Shown one piece after another: positions 10,830 through 21,043 of a stretch of 40,779 bases of DNA (the stretch's first letter is position 1; the number at the start of each line of letters is the position of its first letter). The position numbers were made by a program, and so were the translations under genes. The notes under the pieces were generated by a model, which had not been told where the DNA came from, ran no database searches, and worked only from the letters and a program-made list of their open reading frames with translations. The stretch is from Octopus bimaculoides (lineage: Eukaryota): assembly GCF_001194135.2 (NCBI RefSeq), contig NC_069000.1, positions 35,844,786-35,885,564 of the forward strand, in the 5' to 3' direction.

Positions 10830-11150
10830 TATGAAATATAGGCCATGGATAACTTTTCTTCACTCTTCTTCACTCTGGGCTTTCTTCTTCTGTCAGGTCT
10901 TGCTGGTTTGGTTTTGACTTGCCATTGATGCTTCAGTAACTTTGCTTTTTTTCTAAGATAGGGGTGTTGGCCGTACATAAACCCATTTTTATCTTGGGAG
11001 GTGGGGTTAGTCTGCATTAGTCTGGCCTCTACCCTTTGACTTGTTCATGCATGAGAGGCCCTATCCTGGTGCTTGTGCTCCACTGACATAGCTCTCAGGG
11101 TCATTGAAGTACACAAGCCACTAAATCACTACAAGGACTGGAACCTTGTG
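10830..11150 (+). mobile_element. Probable RTE-type 5' leader/UTR remnant
   Basis: GGGGTGTTGGCC...AACCC ... GTCTGGCCTCTACCCTTTGACTTG...CATAGCTCTCAGGGTCATTGA..ACACAAGCC resembles RTE 5' regions as I recall them. Not checked against a library. Confidence 0.5.
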
Positions 11151-12124
11151 GTGGATTATTTATGGCAATTTTAAGTAATTGCTCATGTAAGTTACTGTTA
11201 GAATAATCCTTTCTTAATTTGAGGGTAAAATTGTCATATGATTTGTTACCAGAAAAGTTTTTTGTTCTCTATTAAAAGTGCTATGCAATAGCAGAAAATG
11301 TAGGGTACCACAACCCCCCCCCCCACTTTTATCTATGTTGTCTGGGGGTTCTAGACTCTGATATTCCACAGTCCTTCAATTGTAATTAAAATCTCTACTG
11401 ATAACGAACAAAAAGATGTGTTCCACATTTTCTATTCTCAAACTAAAAAAGGATTATTGTGTTATCATAGCAACTCATTCATACTAGTAATTGCTTATGA
11501 TTACCATGAATAATGAGTTGGTATCAGGGTAACAATTGACTGTAACTGCCCTCTACAATTTATAAGCTTGTGAGAAATCAATAATTCTTTCATTACCATA
11601 GTCTTTGCCCTCTTCATATAAATTGAGTTAGCAAAAGCCATTTGGAGTTTTACTTCTTTTTAATATTTCTTTTTTTATCTGAAAACTTCTGAAAGTTGTT
11701 TTAATATTCTCTGGCTAAATGTCCTTCATGCATTATTTATATCCATTAATTTAATATATCCATAAAATTAATGTAAAGTAAGCAATTTAATTAGCCTGGC
11801 AGCTCGTAGGTCTTGAGATCAAATCCATTACAAGCATTTTGTTGTCTATCTTGTTTGTAAATTCTCTATAAATCTTTGTTTATCTAGTTAATCTTTTGGT
11901 AATGTTATTTTGTAAAAGACTGGAATTCTAATCAGTGAGAAATTTATTTCTCATTCACTCAACTTCATAGAAAAAAAAAAAATTGGAGCTAACTAGCCTT
12001 TATGAATTCTCTGAGGTACCAGGAAGAAAGCTTGTTGAGATATCAGAAAGGAGTCTGTTTAGGGACTTTTATCAGCTTCAGGAGTGGGTGTATGGGGGCT
12101 TACGTAAGGTGTTGCTTAAAAAGC

Positions 12125-12318
12125 ATTGGTGATGGTGCCACATAAAAAGCACCCAGTACACTCTGTAGAGTAGTTTGCATCAGGAAAGGCGTCCAGCTCC
12201 AGAAGCCAAGCCAAAACAGACTATGGAACCTGGTGTGGACCCTGGCCTTGCCAATTCCTGTCAAGCCATCCAACCCATGCCAGCATGGAAAATGGATGTT
12301 AAATGTTGATGATGATGA
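12125..12318 (+). mobile_element. RTE LINE 3' end
   Basis: GGTGCCACATAAAAAGCACCCAG ... CAACCCATGCCAGCATGGAAAATGGATGTTAAATG(AT/TT)G tail. Confidence 0.85.
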
Positions 12319-12977
12319 TATTGTTTAGGGATAGTACTTTCAGGTGAAGGTATTTGACTGCTAGTCAGAAATTAAATCTATACTTCAGTCAGGTTGTCCA
12401 ACAATAGGTTCCACATTTAGAGGTGTTGGTAAAGGCACACAGCTATAAAAGTACCTCAATGATGTGTCAAAGTTCAAACTTGAAAAGCAGAAACAAAGAA
12501 AAAAAAAATGAGGTGCTGCAGTATGGCTGCAGCCAAATAGTGAAAAACCATGAAAGTTTATGCTACGAAAATAGACATGAAACCGCCACTACCACCGCCT
12601 CATCATCATTATCATCATCATCATCATTATCATCATCAAAATATAGATGGTTCTTAAGTTAATGATCTAACTAAATTTCTCTCCCTCATGTGCTAATTAT
12701 CTCTAGCCATAAACATTAATATTTTCAGCCAACTTGGAATGTGCAAATCATGTCAAGTATTGATTTATTTTAAAAGTGCTACTCTTTCATGATTGCTTAG
12801 CCTTGTTAAAGAAGTTTGATGTTGATGTTTCTTTACTTGGACTAAACCTGTCTATTTGCATCTTGCAAGGTAGGATTATGTACATTAAATGTGGAGGCAT
12901 TTGATTCATTTGGGCTGTGGATTCTTTCTGATGGATTGCGTTCTCTTGGGAAGTAATCTGTTTGTTTAGTTTTTCAG

Positions 12978-13012
12978 GTGGAATGCCTAGAAATCTTCGC
13001 TGATTATCGAAG
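12978..13012 (+). other. Candidate 35-nt internal exon (unverified)
   Basis: Strong acceptor TTTGTTTAGTTTTTCAG|G and donor AAG|GTAAAT. Only one frame is open (VECLEIFADYR). Two CpGs in CpG-poor context. No recognised homology. Confidence 0.3.
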
Positions 13013-13384
13013 GTAAATCTTCTGAAAGATATGTTGTATACTTTTATTAAAGTACGGAATCAGAAAAGTGCTGGCTACTTATTTTATTTCTTGTTTTTCT
13101 ACCAGACTTTACCAACTTTTAAATAATCAGACTAGGGACCTTGTAAAATGTAGGCCTTGAGTCACTATGTCTAGGAAAGAATGGTGAAATAGTTAAAACC
13201 TTTAAACCTTTTGATCATAGGTCTGCTTGATTAGGGCTGACACAAGGCTAAACAACCACCAACAGAAGCACCACCAACACTGCCATCACCTCTAAGTATT
13301 AAATAGTCCAGAGCTATTTATCTCTTTCTGGACAGGACACAAGTATCTTGACTTTTGTTCTGATCATGTGATTATTTAAACCCA

Positions 13385-13539
13385 GGCATAACTGTGTGGT
13401 AAGAAGCTTTTTTGCCAAACCCACAGTGTTGAATTCAGTCTCACTACATGGCACCTTAGGCAAGTGTCTTCTGCTGTAGCCCTGGGCTGACCAAAGCCTT
13501 GTGAGTAGATTTAGTACATGGAAACTGAAAGAAGCCTGT

Positions 13540-13583
<44 letters not shown>

Positions 13584-13700
13584 CATGCACATATGTGTGT
13601 GTTACTGTCTCTTTGCCTTGACATCACATGATAGTTGTAAACGATTGCCACTGTCATGCAAGCAGTGCCTTTCATTTTCAACATTCTGTGGAAATATATC
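13385..13700 (+). mobile_element. SINE family A2 (A-type head, different 3' body), 3'-truncated
   Basis: GGCATAACTGTGTGGTAAGAAG ... GGCACCTTAGGCAAGTGTCTTC ... (TG)n ... GTTACTGTCTCTTTGCCTTGAC, shared with 16541-16960. Confidence 0.8.
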
Positions 13701-13762
13701 AAACTCACAACCTCACAATCGTAAGCTCGACGCTCTAACCACTGAGCCATGCGCCTTCACAT
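13700..13762 (-). mobile_element. Isolated tRNA-like SINE head (family B type)
   Basis: Reverse complement reads GTGAAGGCGCATGGCTCAGTGGTTAGAGCGTCGAGCTTACGATTGTGAGGTTGTGAGTTTGA. Confidence 0.7.
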
Positions 13763-14674
13763 TCTACATTTGTATTACATTCTACAGCCTTAATAATTCA
13801 CATAAAAAAACAAAAAAAAGTCAAAGCATTATTAAATACTTGAAATCCATGTTAAAATATTCAGTTCATTGCTGAAATTCCAGAAGGAATACATTGACCA
13901 ACATGTTATCAGTTATAATAAATTGATTATAAATGTAACGAATTGTATTGATGCTTGGCACTGGGCCAAGTTTAGCAAGAGATGGGTACAGGCAATCAAA
14001 TCAGTATTTGTATATTAGGGGTATTTATTTTGTGTTGTTTTACCCTAAATGAACCTTCATTGAATAGACCTTAGATCAAAGGCTTGCTACTATGTGTCTG
14101 TCCTATTTTTCTTTCCTCTTTTTTTTTGGGGGGGGGGGGGTTAAGGTGACATTATCCAGTGTGTTCTTCCTTTTGTAAGAGATTCACATGAGATTTGAGG
14201 GAAATTTGGCAGTTACTTTCAGACAAGCTCTGTGGCCATGTAGCAACACCTTTGAGGGACTTGTAGGACTTGCTTTATTGAATCCATAAAGCTAAAATGT
14301 GATTGATTTGAACCCCAATGTATACTATAATGACTCCTTACAAATGCACAATCTTTCAAATATATAGGATAGGAGAAATGAGAGTGTGATTCTCATGACT
14401 TCCTCCTATAATGTTAGAAATGTAAACTGACAGGGTAGCCATGGCTGGAACACCATTTTTTTAATGGTTCAGTCAGAGGAATGAGGGATAATTGGTAGGA
14501 CCCCTACCTTTTTTGTAGGGGCTCAGACTTGTGGGAAAAAAGTAGGGAATTATCCTCAGACTAGAGATCAGGACCAAAAGCTTGCAGTGGAATGAATACC
14601 AGGGTACCAAACGTAATAGGATATCAGTTGACTGATTAAGTCTACCACTCATGAACAGTAATGGTTCTTCATAA

Positions 14675-14830
14675 TATGCTTTCACACAGTTTCCATCTAC
14701 CGAATTTCCATCACAAGGCTCTGGTCAGTCTGGGACTATAATAGAAAACAATTTGCCCAAGATGCCATACAGTGGGATAGAACCTGAAACCACATTGTTG
14801 AGAAGTGAACTTCTTAAACATGCAGCTGTA
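14675..14830 (-). mobile_element. SINE family A head, diverged
   Basis: CAGTTTCCATCTACC..ATT..CATCACAAGGCT.TGGTC ... TTGCCCAAG.TGCC...CAGTGGGA. Confidence 0.7.
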
Positions 14831-15504
14831 GTCTTTGATCGTAGGTCTTCTTCTTGATCAGAGTTGATGGTTGATCTAAGGTTACTCAACAATAACTGTA
14901 ACATACACGTAAGATATTTGTGGATTGTTAGCATGAATAGAGTTACCTCCCTCCTATTCTGTCCTAGGGGAGATTCATTAGCTTAATACAAGATCAAAGC
15001 TACATGCTACAGAGACGTACATCTTTATCTTTTTGTCAAATATAAAATGATCTTTCTGAACTGTATATTTTTAACACACTGAATAATTCCCCATTTACAT
15101 TGTACAAGAGAATATTTAATATCTGATTAAAGATGGAGAGTTGCATAATAATAGTTTTTCTTGAAATTATGATAGGATGCAGAAGAATAGCTTGGATTCT
15201 TTATGGTTTTAGATTCTATACTTTTGCGAGTTTAAATTATATTAGTGGTGGTGATGGTGTGAATCAAATTAATACTGTTAGAAAATAGAGAAGAGTCAGA
15301 ACTGGTCAGGTTGTTTAGGGTACCAAGCTACTAATCAAAAAGATCATATTTTTAACAGTAGCAGTTTACCTAACAATATTATAGGTACTGTGGGGAAGTA
15401 CAGTTCAACACTGTAAACTATACTGACTCATTGTGGGAGCCTCTATTAGTCTTTCAAACAGCTAGAAATAGCAACTAACTCTCCCACAATTCACACTCCG
15501 CACC

Positions 15505-15692
15505 AGTGCTGGTGTCATGTAAAAAGCATTCACTTCACTCTGTAAGGTGATTGGCATTAGGAAGGGCCTCCAGCTGTAAAAACAGACAGTGAAGCATGGT
15601 GCAGTCTTCTGGCTTGCCAGCTCCTGTCAAACTTTCCAAACCATGCCAGCATGGAAAACGGATATTATATGATGATGATGATGATGATGATG
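15505..15692 (+). mobile_element. RTE LINE 3' end
   Basis: GGCATTAGGAAGGGCCTCCAGCTGTAAAA ... CCATGCCAGCATGGAAAACGG...(GAT)n. Confidence 0.85.
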
Positions 15693-15736
15693 CTTACCAT
15701 CTTAAAAGAGAGATTACATTAAATAATGTTTTATAT

Positions 15737-16280
15737 ATATGAGCACAAGCATGGTTGTGTAGTGAAAAAGCTCATTTTGCAACCACGTTGTTTCCAGTTC
15801 AGTCCCACTGCATGGTACCTTGGGCAGGTGTTTTCTACTATAGCCCTGGACCAACCAATGTCTTACAAGTGAATTTGGTCGATGGAAACTGTGTATAGTG
15901 TGAGTGTGTCTGTCTTTGTGTTCATATTTGAACCTCCCCACTGGATGGGACACCAGTCTGTTGCAGAAATACTTATTTTTGCTAGCTGAGTGGACTAGAA
16001 CAATGTGAAATGAAGAGTTTTACTCAAGAATACAACACATTGCCTAGTCCAGGAATCAAAACCTTAATCATACAATTATGAGTCCAATATCCTAACCACT
16101 AAGCCACACTTCACCATTGGTTTGTGTATGTCCCCATAACATAGTGGTTTGACAAAAGAGACTGATGGGATAAGTAGCAAACTTAACAATAAGTACTCGT
16201 GTTGATTTGCTCAACTAAATACTTTGTGATGGCTCCCTAGTATGGCTGAAGTCCAGTGACTAAAATGATTTAAAAAAAAG
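15737..16280 (+). mobile_element. Old SINE family A copy split by a nested minus-strand SINE
   Basis: Head at 15737-15935 and tail at 16120-16280. Confidence 0.7.
15945..16113 (-). mobile_element. Short family-B-related SINE nested in SINE A
   Basis: GCTGAGTGGACT..AACAATGTGAAATGAAG ... CCTAACCACTAAGCCAC. Possible TSD CCACTGG (15938-15944) and CCATTGG (16114-16120). Confidence 0.6.
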
Positions 16281-16540
16281 GTAAAAAGCTATACTGTAAT
16301 CATAACTGGAATATTTTTGATCATTGGTAGAAGTTGACCACAATAATATTAGTACTGTATACTAAACAAATATTCTTTTCCTTCTCCGGGACAGCAGGAG
16401 ATACCTAAGTGTATTCTCTATTGAATAACTTCAGTTGTAGCCTAGTCGAAGAATTCAGTAAGTTACAGGTGATACTAATTGACTATATGGTAAACGGTTG
16501 TGTGCCTTTTTAGAGATAGGAATGTTTTTATATTGGTTAG

Positions 16541-16960
16541 GCATAGGCTGAACTGTGTGGTAAGAAGTTTGCCTCCTAAATACAAAGTTTCAGTTTCAAT
16601 CTCACTGTGCAATACCTTGGGCAATTGACTTCCACTGTAGCCCTGTGAGTGGATTTAGCAGATGGAAACTGGAAGAAGCCCAGTGTGTGTGTGTGTGCAT
16701 GTTACTGTCTCCTTGCCTTGACTTTATGTAATATTTGTAAACAAGTGTTACTCATGCAAGAAGTGTCTTTCATTTCCAACCTCCCACAATGACTTGTCTG
16801 GGCAAGGGGGGGGAAATATTACCCTACTTGGAAACAGGGGAGGTTTGGCATCAGGAGCAGTATTTGGCCCTGAAAAATCTGCCACAATACAATGAATTCT
16901 GTCCAACCCGTGTGAGCATAGAAAAGTGGTCATTAAAAACAATGACAATGAATCGATAAT
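16541..16960 (+). mobile_element. SINE family A2, near full length, with RTE-like 3' tail
   Basis: A-type head and CORE-like block, ending GGCATCAGGAGCAGTATTTGGCCCTGAAAAATCTGCC...GTCCAACCCG..TGAGCATAGAAAAGTGGTCATTAAAAACAATGAC, a decayed version of the family D tail. Confidence 0.75.
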
Positions 16961-17143
16961 GTTGTATATTCTTTGAAGGAGCTTTCTGAGTGTTCGGTGA
17001 AAGACTGGTTTAATAACATTAATATTATTATTAAAAATATCTTTGCATTCTTCACATTCTTTGCATTCCTCCATACATAAGTCTCTCAAGCCACTGAGTG
17101 ATCTACCATGTTGTCACTGAACTGTCTAGAAAGAGCAGCTTAA

Positions 17144-17237
17144 CCCTTTAAGCATTTAAACCAACCATATTCAGCCCAAATATTCTACCTGTTTTATGTT
17201 CAAACTGGTCAAATCCTGCTTCTCTCACCCACCCTAC

Positions 17238-17288
<51 letters not shown>

Positions 17289-17855
17289 TTAACGTCCGCT
17301 TTCTATGCTAGCATGGGTTGGACGATTTGACTGGGGACTAGCGAAGCGGATGGCTACACCAGATTCCAGTCTGATTTGGTATAGTTTCTACAGCTGGATG
17401 CCCTTCCTAACACCAACCACTCCGAGAGTGTAGTGGGTGCTTTTTATATGCCACCGGCATGAGGGCCACTCTGGCGGTACTGGCAATGGCCACACTCAAA
17501 TGGTGTTTTTTATGTGCCACCTGTACAGGAGTCAGCCAATGTTTTGTTCACATGCCACCGGCCCAAGTGCCAGTAAGGCGAAGCTGGAAATGATTGCGCT
17601 CAAATGGTGCTATTTATGCGCCACCGGCACGGGAGCGAGACCACTGCTCTGGCAGTGATCCCGCTCAGATGGTGCTGTTAGCGCTCCACTGGCATGGGTG
17701 CCAGTCATCAAATTTGGTTCAATTTCGATCTCACTTGCCCCAATGTTATTCTAAAACTAAAAAAAATCACATCATTGAAATCTTGAAGCTATGAAATAAT
17801 GCACGATTAACTCCAAATAATGTGAATAAATTTGACAGAGTAGTCTGAATGCTAA
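17144..17855. mobile_element. piggyBac-like MITE (opposite orientation) split by an RTE 3' end
   Basis: TTAA|CCCTTTAAGCATTTAAA..., MITE sequence stops at CCTACAAT (17240) and resumes at about 17741 AATGTTATTCTAAAA ... CTGAATGCTAA. Confidence 0.8.
17241..17737 (-). mobile_element. RTE LINE 3' end with several imperfect tandem units in its 3' UTR
   Basis: About 16 CAT repeats, family D tail, and repeated GGTG(C/T)TTTTTAT(A/G)(T/C)GCCACC units. Confidence 0.88.
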
Positions 17856-18002
17856 TCTTCTTTAAAATACATTCTCTCATCTTAAATGTAGAGGGATAAA
17901 TTAGATAAAATACCTCTACAAAGATAGGACGATTATAATTGAAATGCTTTTGATAATAGGTCTGCTCAATCAGAGTTGACCTAACATTAAACCACAAAAA
18001 TA

Positions 18003-18216
18003 TCTTTTATCTTTTACTAGTTTCAGACATTGGATTGCAGCCGTGTTGGGCCACTGCCTTAAAGGCTTTAGTGAAATAAATTGACCCCATCCCACGACAT
18101 TTAAAAAAAAAACTCTGGTACTTATTCTAACAGTCACTTTTGCCGAACTGTTAAGTTACAGAGATATAAACAAACTAACACCACTTGTCAAGTGGTTGTT
18201 GAGGACAAGCACAAAG

Positions 18217-18310
<94 letters not shown>

Positions 18311-18541
18311 TCACCATGATAGATCGCTAGCCACTACACATTCTTTTTTTCTCTCCTTGTTTCTTTCTTGTTCCTTTCTGTGGAAGAGCATAGGCTCGAA
18401 ACCTTAAAGACTTTTTCACTTCCTGAGTGTTATACTAATACATCTGTTTGTTGTCTACACCACCTGTCTTCATCTTTTGTTTTTTGTTTTTGTGAATTCT
18501 CTCCCTACATACACACATACATGCATACATACATACATACA

Positions 18542-18574
<33 letters not shown>

Positions 18575-18755
18575 GCATGCATACATATGAAGGGCTTTTT
18601 TTACTTCTATCTATCACATCTGCTCACAAGGCTTTGGATAGCCCTGGGGCTATAGTAGAAGACACTTGTTCAAGGTACCACACAGTGGGACTGAACCCAG
18701 GTTCACACAACTGGAAATCAAGCTTCTGAACCACACACCCCATGCTTACACTTAT
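18003..18755 (-). mobile_element. SINE family A with an expanded internal region containing a foreign insert
   Basis: Tail 18003-18221, (CA)n 18222-18304, foreign segment about 18320-18505, (TACA)n 18506-18585, head 18590-18755. Confidence 0.8.
18374..18409 (+). ncRNA. Degenerate minimal type-I hammerhead-like motif (putative Penelope-associated remnant)
   Basis: CTTT (stem I) - CTGTGGAA - GAGC ATAG GCTC (stem II) - GAAAC - CTT - AAAG (stem I'). The core deviates from canonical CUGANGA and the G expected after GAAAC is missing. Confidence 0.4.
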
Positions 18756-18878
18756 AGTTACATAGTTACTCTGGAAATTCATTTGATATATTGAATACAA
18801 CAAACAATATATTAATTACTGTTGTTGAATAAAAAAAAAATCTATTTTTGTGTTTACTAAAATTATTGAATTCCTCAG

Positions 18879-18881
<3 letters not shown>

Positions 18882-18932
<51 letters not shown>
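18882..18932. repeat. (GA)n microsatellite
   Basis: Directly visible. Confidence 0.95.
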
Positions 18933-19303
18933 AGGGAAGGAAATTGCATTTACGTTAGACTGAATAATTCTTCTTAAGTAAATCTATAGCTTATATGTTT
19001 TGTTATCTAAACAACAACAACAACAGCAACAGCAATAACAGGCCAACAGCCCAGCAACATCCACTGAATGAGAGATTAATTGAAGCTGGGACTGCCAATG
19101 TTGTGTTAAATGTAATTCATCATCAACTCTGTATTTTCACCAAAAACCAGCCAACCAACCAAACCAACCAACCAACCAGCCTGATCATTGTAGAACAGTA
19201 ATATAAATTTATAGCAGCAACATTAGTGGTCAGTGTGTGTGTGTGTGTATGTACATATGTATGCATGTATGTAAGTATACATGTGTGTAAGCATGTCTAT
19301 GCA

Positions 19304-19355
<52 letters not shown>

Positions 19356-19357
<2 letters not shown>

Positions 19358-19459
19358 GGAGTAAGCACATGAAATGTGCAGCAAGGTGGAAAAAAGAGTA
19401 CTCAAATACCAGAGGTAGAGTAATATGCTTTATTTAAAAGCAGCAGAAATATAACAAAA
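19356..19459. mobile_element. End of an unclassified repeat embedded in (TA)n, cut off by the gap
   Basis: Complex sequence CCGGAGTAAGCACATGAAATG... begins abruptly after a long (TA)n tract and runs into the gap. Confidence 0.4.
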
Positions 19460-19984
19460 NNNNNNNNNNNNNNNNNNNNNNNNNNNNNNNNNNNNNNNNN
19501 NNNNNNNNNNNNNNNNNNNNNNNNNNNNNNNNNNNNNNNNNNNNNNNNNNNNNNNNNNNNNNNNNNNNNNNNNNNNNNNNNNNNNNNNNNNNNNNNNNNN
19601 NNNNNNNNNNNNNNNNNNNNNNNNNNNNNNNNNNNNNNNNNNNNNNNNNNNNNNNNNNNNNNNNNNNNNNNNNNNNNNNNNNNNNNNNNNNNNNNNNNNN
19701 NNNNNNNNNNNNNNNNNNNNNNNNNNNNNNNNNNNNNNNNNNNNNNNNNNNNNNNNNNNNNNNNNNNNNNNNNNNNNNNNNNNNNNNNNNNNNNNNNNNN
19801 NNNNNNNNNNNNNNNNNNNNNNNNNNNNNNNNNNNNNNNNNNNNNNNNNNNNNNNNNNNNNNNNNNNNNNNNNNNNNNNNNNNNNNNNNNNNNNNNNNNN
19901 NNNNNNNNNNNNNNNNNNNNNNNNNNNNNNNNNNNNNNNNNNNNNNNNNNNNNNNNNNNNNNNNNNNNNNNNNNNNNNNNNNNN
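19460..19984. other. Assembly gap (525 N)
   Basis: Run of n. Confidence 1.
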
Positions 19985-20019
<35 letters not shown>

Positions 20020-20150
20020 GATGGGCTTTTCAGTTTCTTTGTACCAAATCCACTCACAAGGCTTTGGTTGGCTTGAAGCTATAGTAGAAGACACTTGCCC
20101 AAAGTGCTTGCAGAGGGATTGAACCCTGATATCATGTTGTTGGGATGCAG
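19985..20150 (-). mobile_element. SINE family A head plus (TA)n
   Basis: ATGGGCTTTTCAGTTTC..GTACCAAATCCACTCACAAGGCTTTGGTTGG ... AGACACTTGCCCAA. Confidence 0.85.
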
Positions 20151-20217
20151 AATTCTTATGTATATTGTATGTAAATGAATGTATATGTGTGTGGGTGTAT
20201 TTTAATTAATTGATATG

Positions 20218-20642
20218 AGGTGTTTTGCTCAAGATCACAATGCACTGCCTGGTCTGAGAATCGAAACGAGAATCTTGCAATTGTAAGTGGAACACCATAA
20301 CGACTGGGTCACATGTGTGTGCTGCGTGAAGGCCCATGGCTAGTAGTTAGGGTTTTCAGCTCATGATCATAAGGTTGTGAGTTCAATATCCAGTGGCATG
20401 TTGTGTCCTTTATTTTATTTCATGTTGCTCCAGTCCACTCAGCTGGCAAAAATGAGTAGTACCTGTATTTCAATGAGCCAGTCTTGTCAGATTCTGTGTC
20501 ATGTTGAATCTTCTTGAGAATTACGTTAAGGTTACTCATCTGTGGAGTGCTCAGCCATTTCCATGTTAATTTCTTGAGCGCCTTGTTCCCTTGATCAGAT
20601 CAGCTGAAACACTTCACTTGTGTTCATAACTGACAGAGTGGC
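20218..20642. mobile_element. Head-to-head pair of family-B-related SINEs (minus fragment 20218-20315, plus copy 20325-20642)
   Basis: tRNA-like heads in opposite orientation. The plus copy carries the family B body. Confidence 0.7.
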
Positions 20643-20684
20643 GTTTTTTTTTTGTTTTTTTTTTATATGTGTGTTGATATACAT

Positions 20685-21043
20685 AGGCGCAGGAGTGGCT
20701 GTGTGGTAAGTAGCTTGCTTACCAACCACATGGTTCCGGGTTCAGTCCCACTGGGTGGCATCTTGGGCAAGTGTCTTCTACTATAGCCTCGGGCCAAACA
20801 AAGCCTTGTGAGTGGATTTGGTAGACGGAAACTGAAAGAAGCCCGTCGCATATATGTATATATATATGTGTGTGTCTGTGTTTGTCCCCCTAGCATTGCT
20901 TGACAACTGATGCTGGTGTGTTTATGTCCCCGTCACTTAGCGGTTCGGCAAAAGTGATCGATAGAATAAGTACTAGGCTTCCAAAGAATAAGTCTTGGGG
21001 TCGATTTGCTCGACTAAAGGCGGTGCTCCAGCATGGCCGCAGT
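20685..21043 (+). mobile_element. SINE family A, young copy, tail ends in (TA)n
   Basis: AGGCGCAGGAGTGGCTGTGTGGTAAG (A-box-like), GGGTTCAGTCCC (B-box-like), CORE-like CTTGGGCAAGTGTCTT, internal (TA)(TG) tract. Confidence 0.92.

Noticed and set aside
17240-17735. CRISPR-like array or prokaryotic system in the spaced repeats
   Set aside because: Units are degenerate and variable-length parts of an RTE 3' UTR in eukaryotic DNA, with no cas-like ORFs.
19402-20094. Longest ORFs (230 and 207 aa)
   Set aside because: Artefacts of translating through 525 N.
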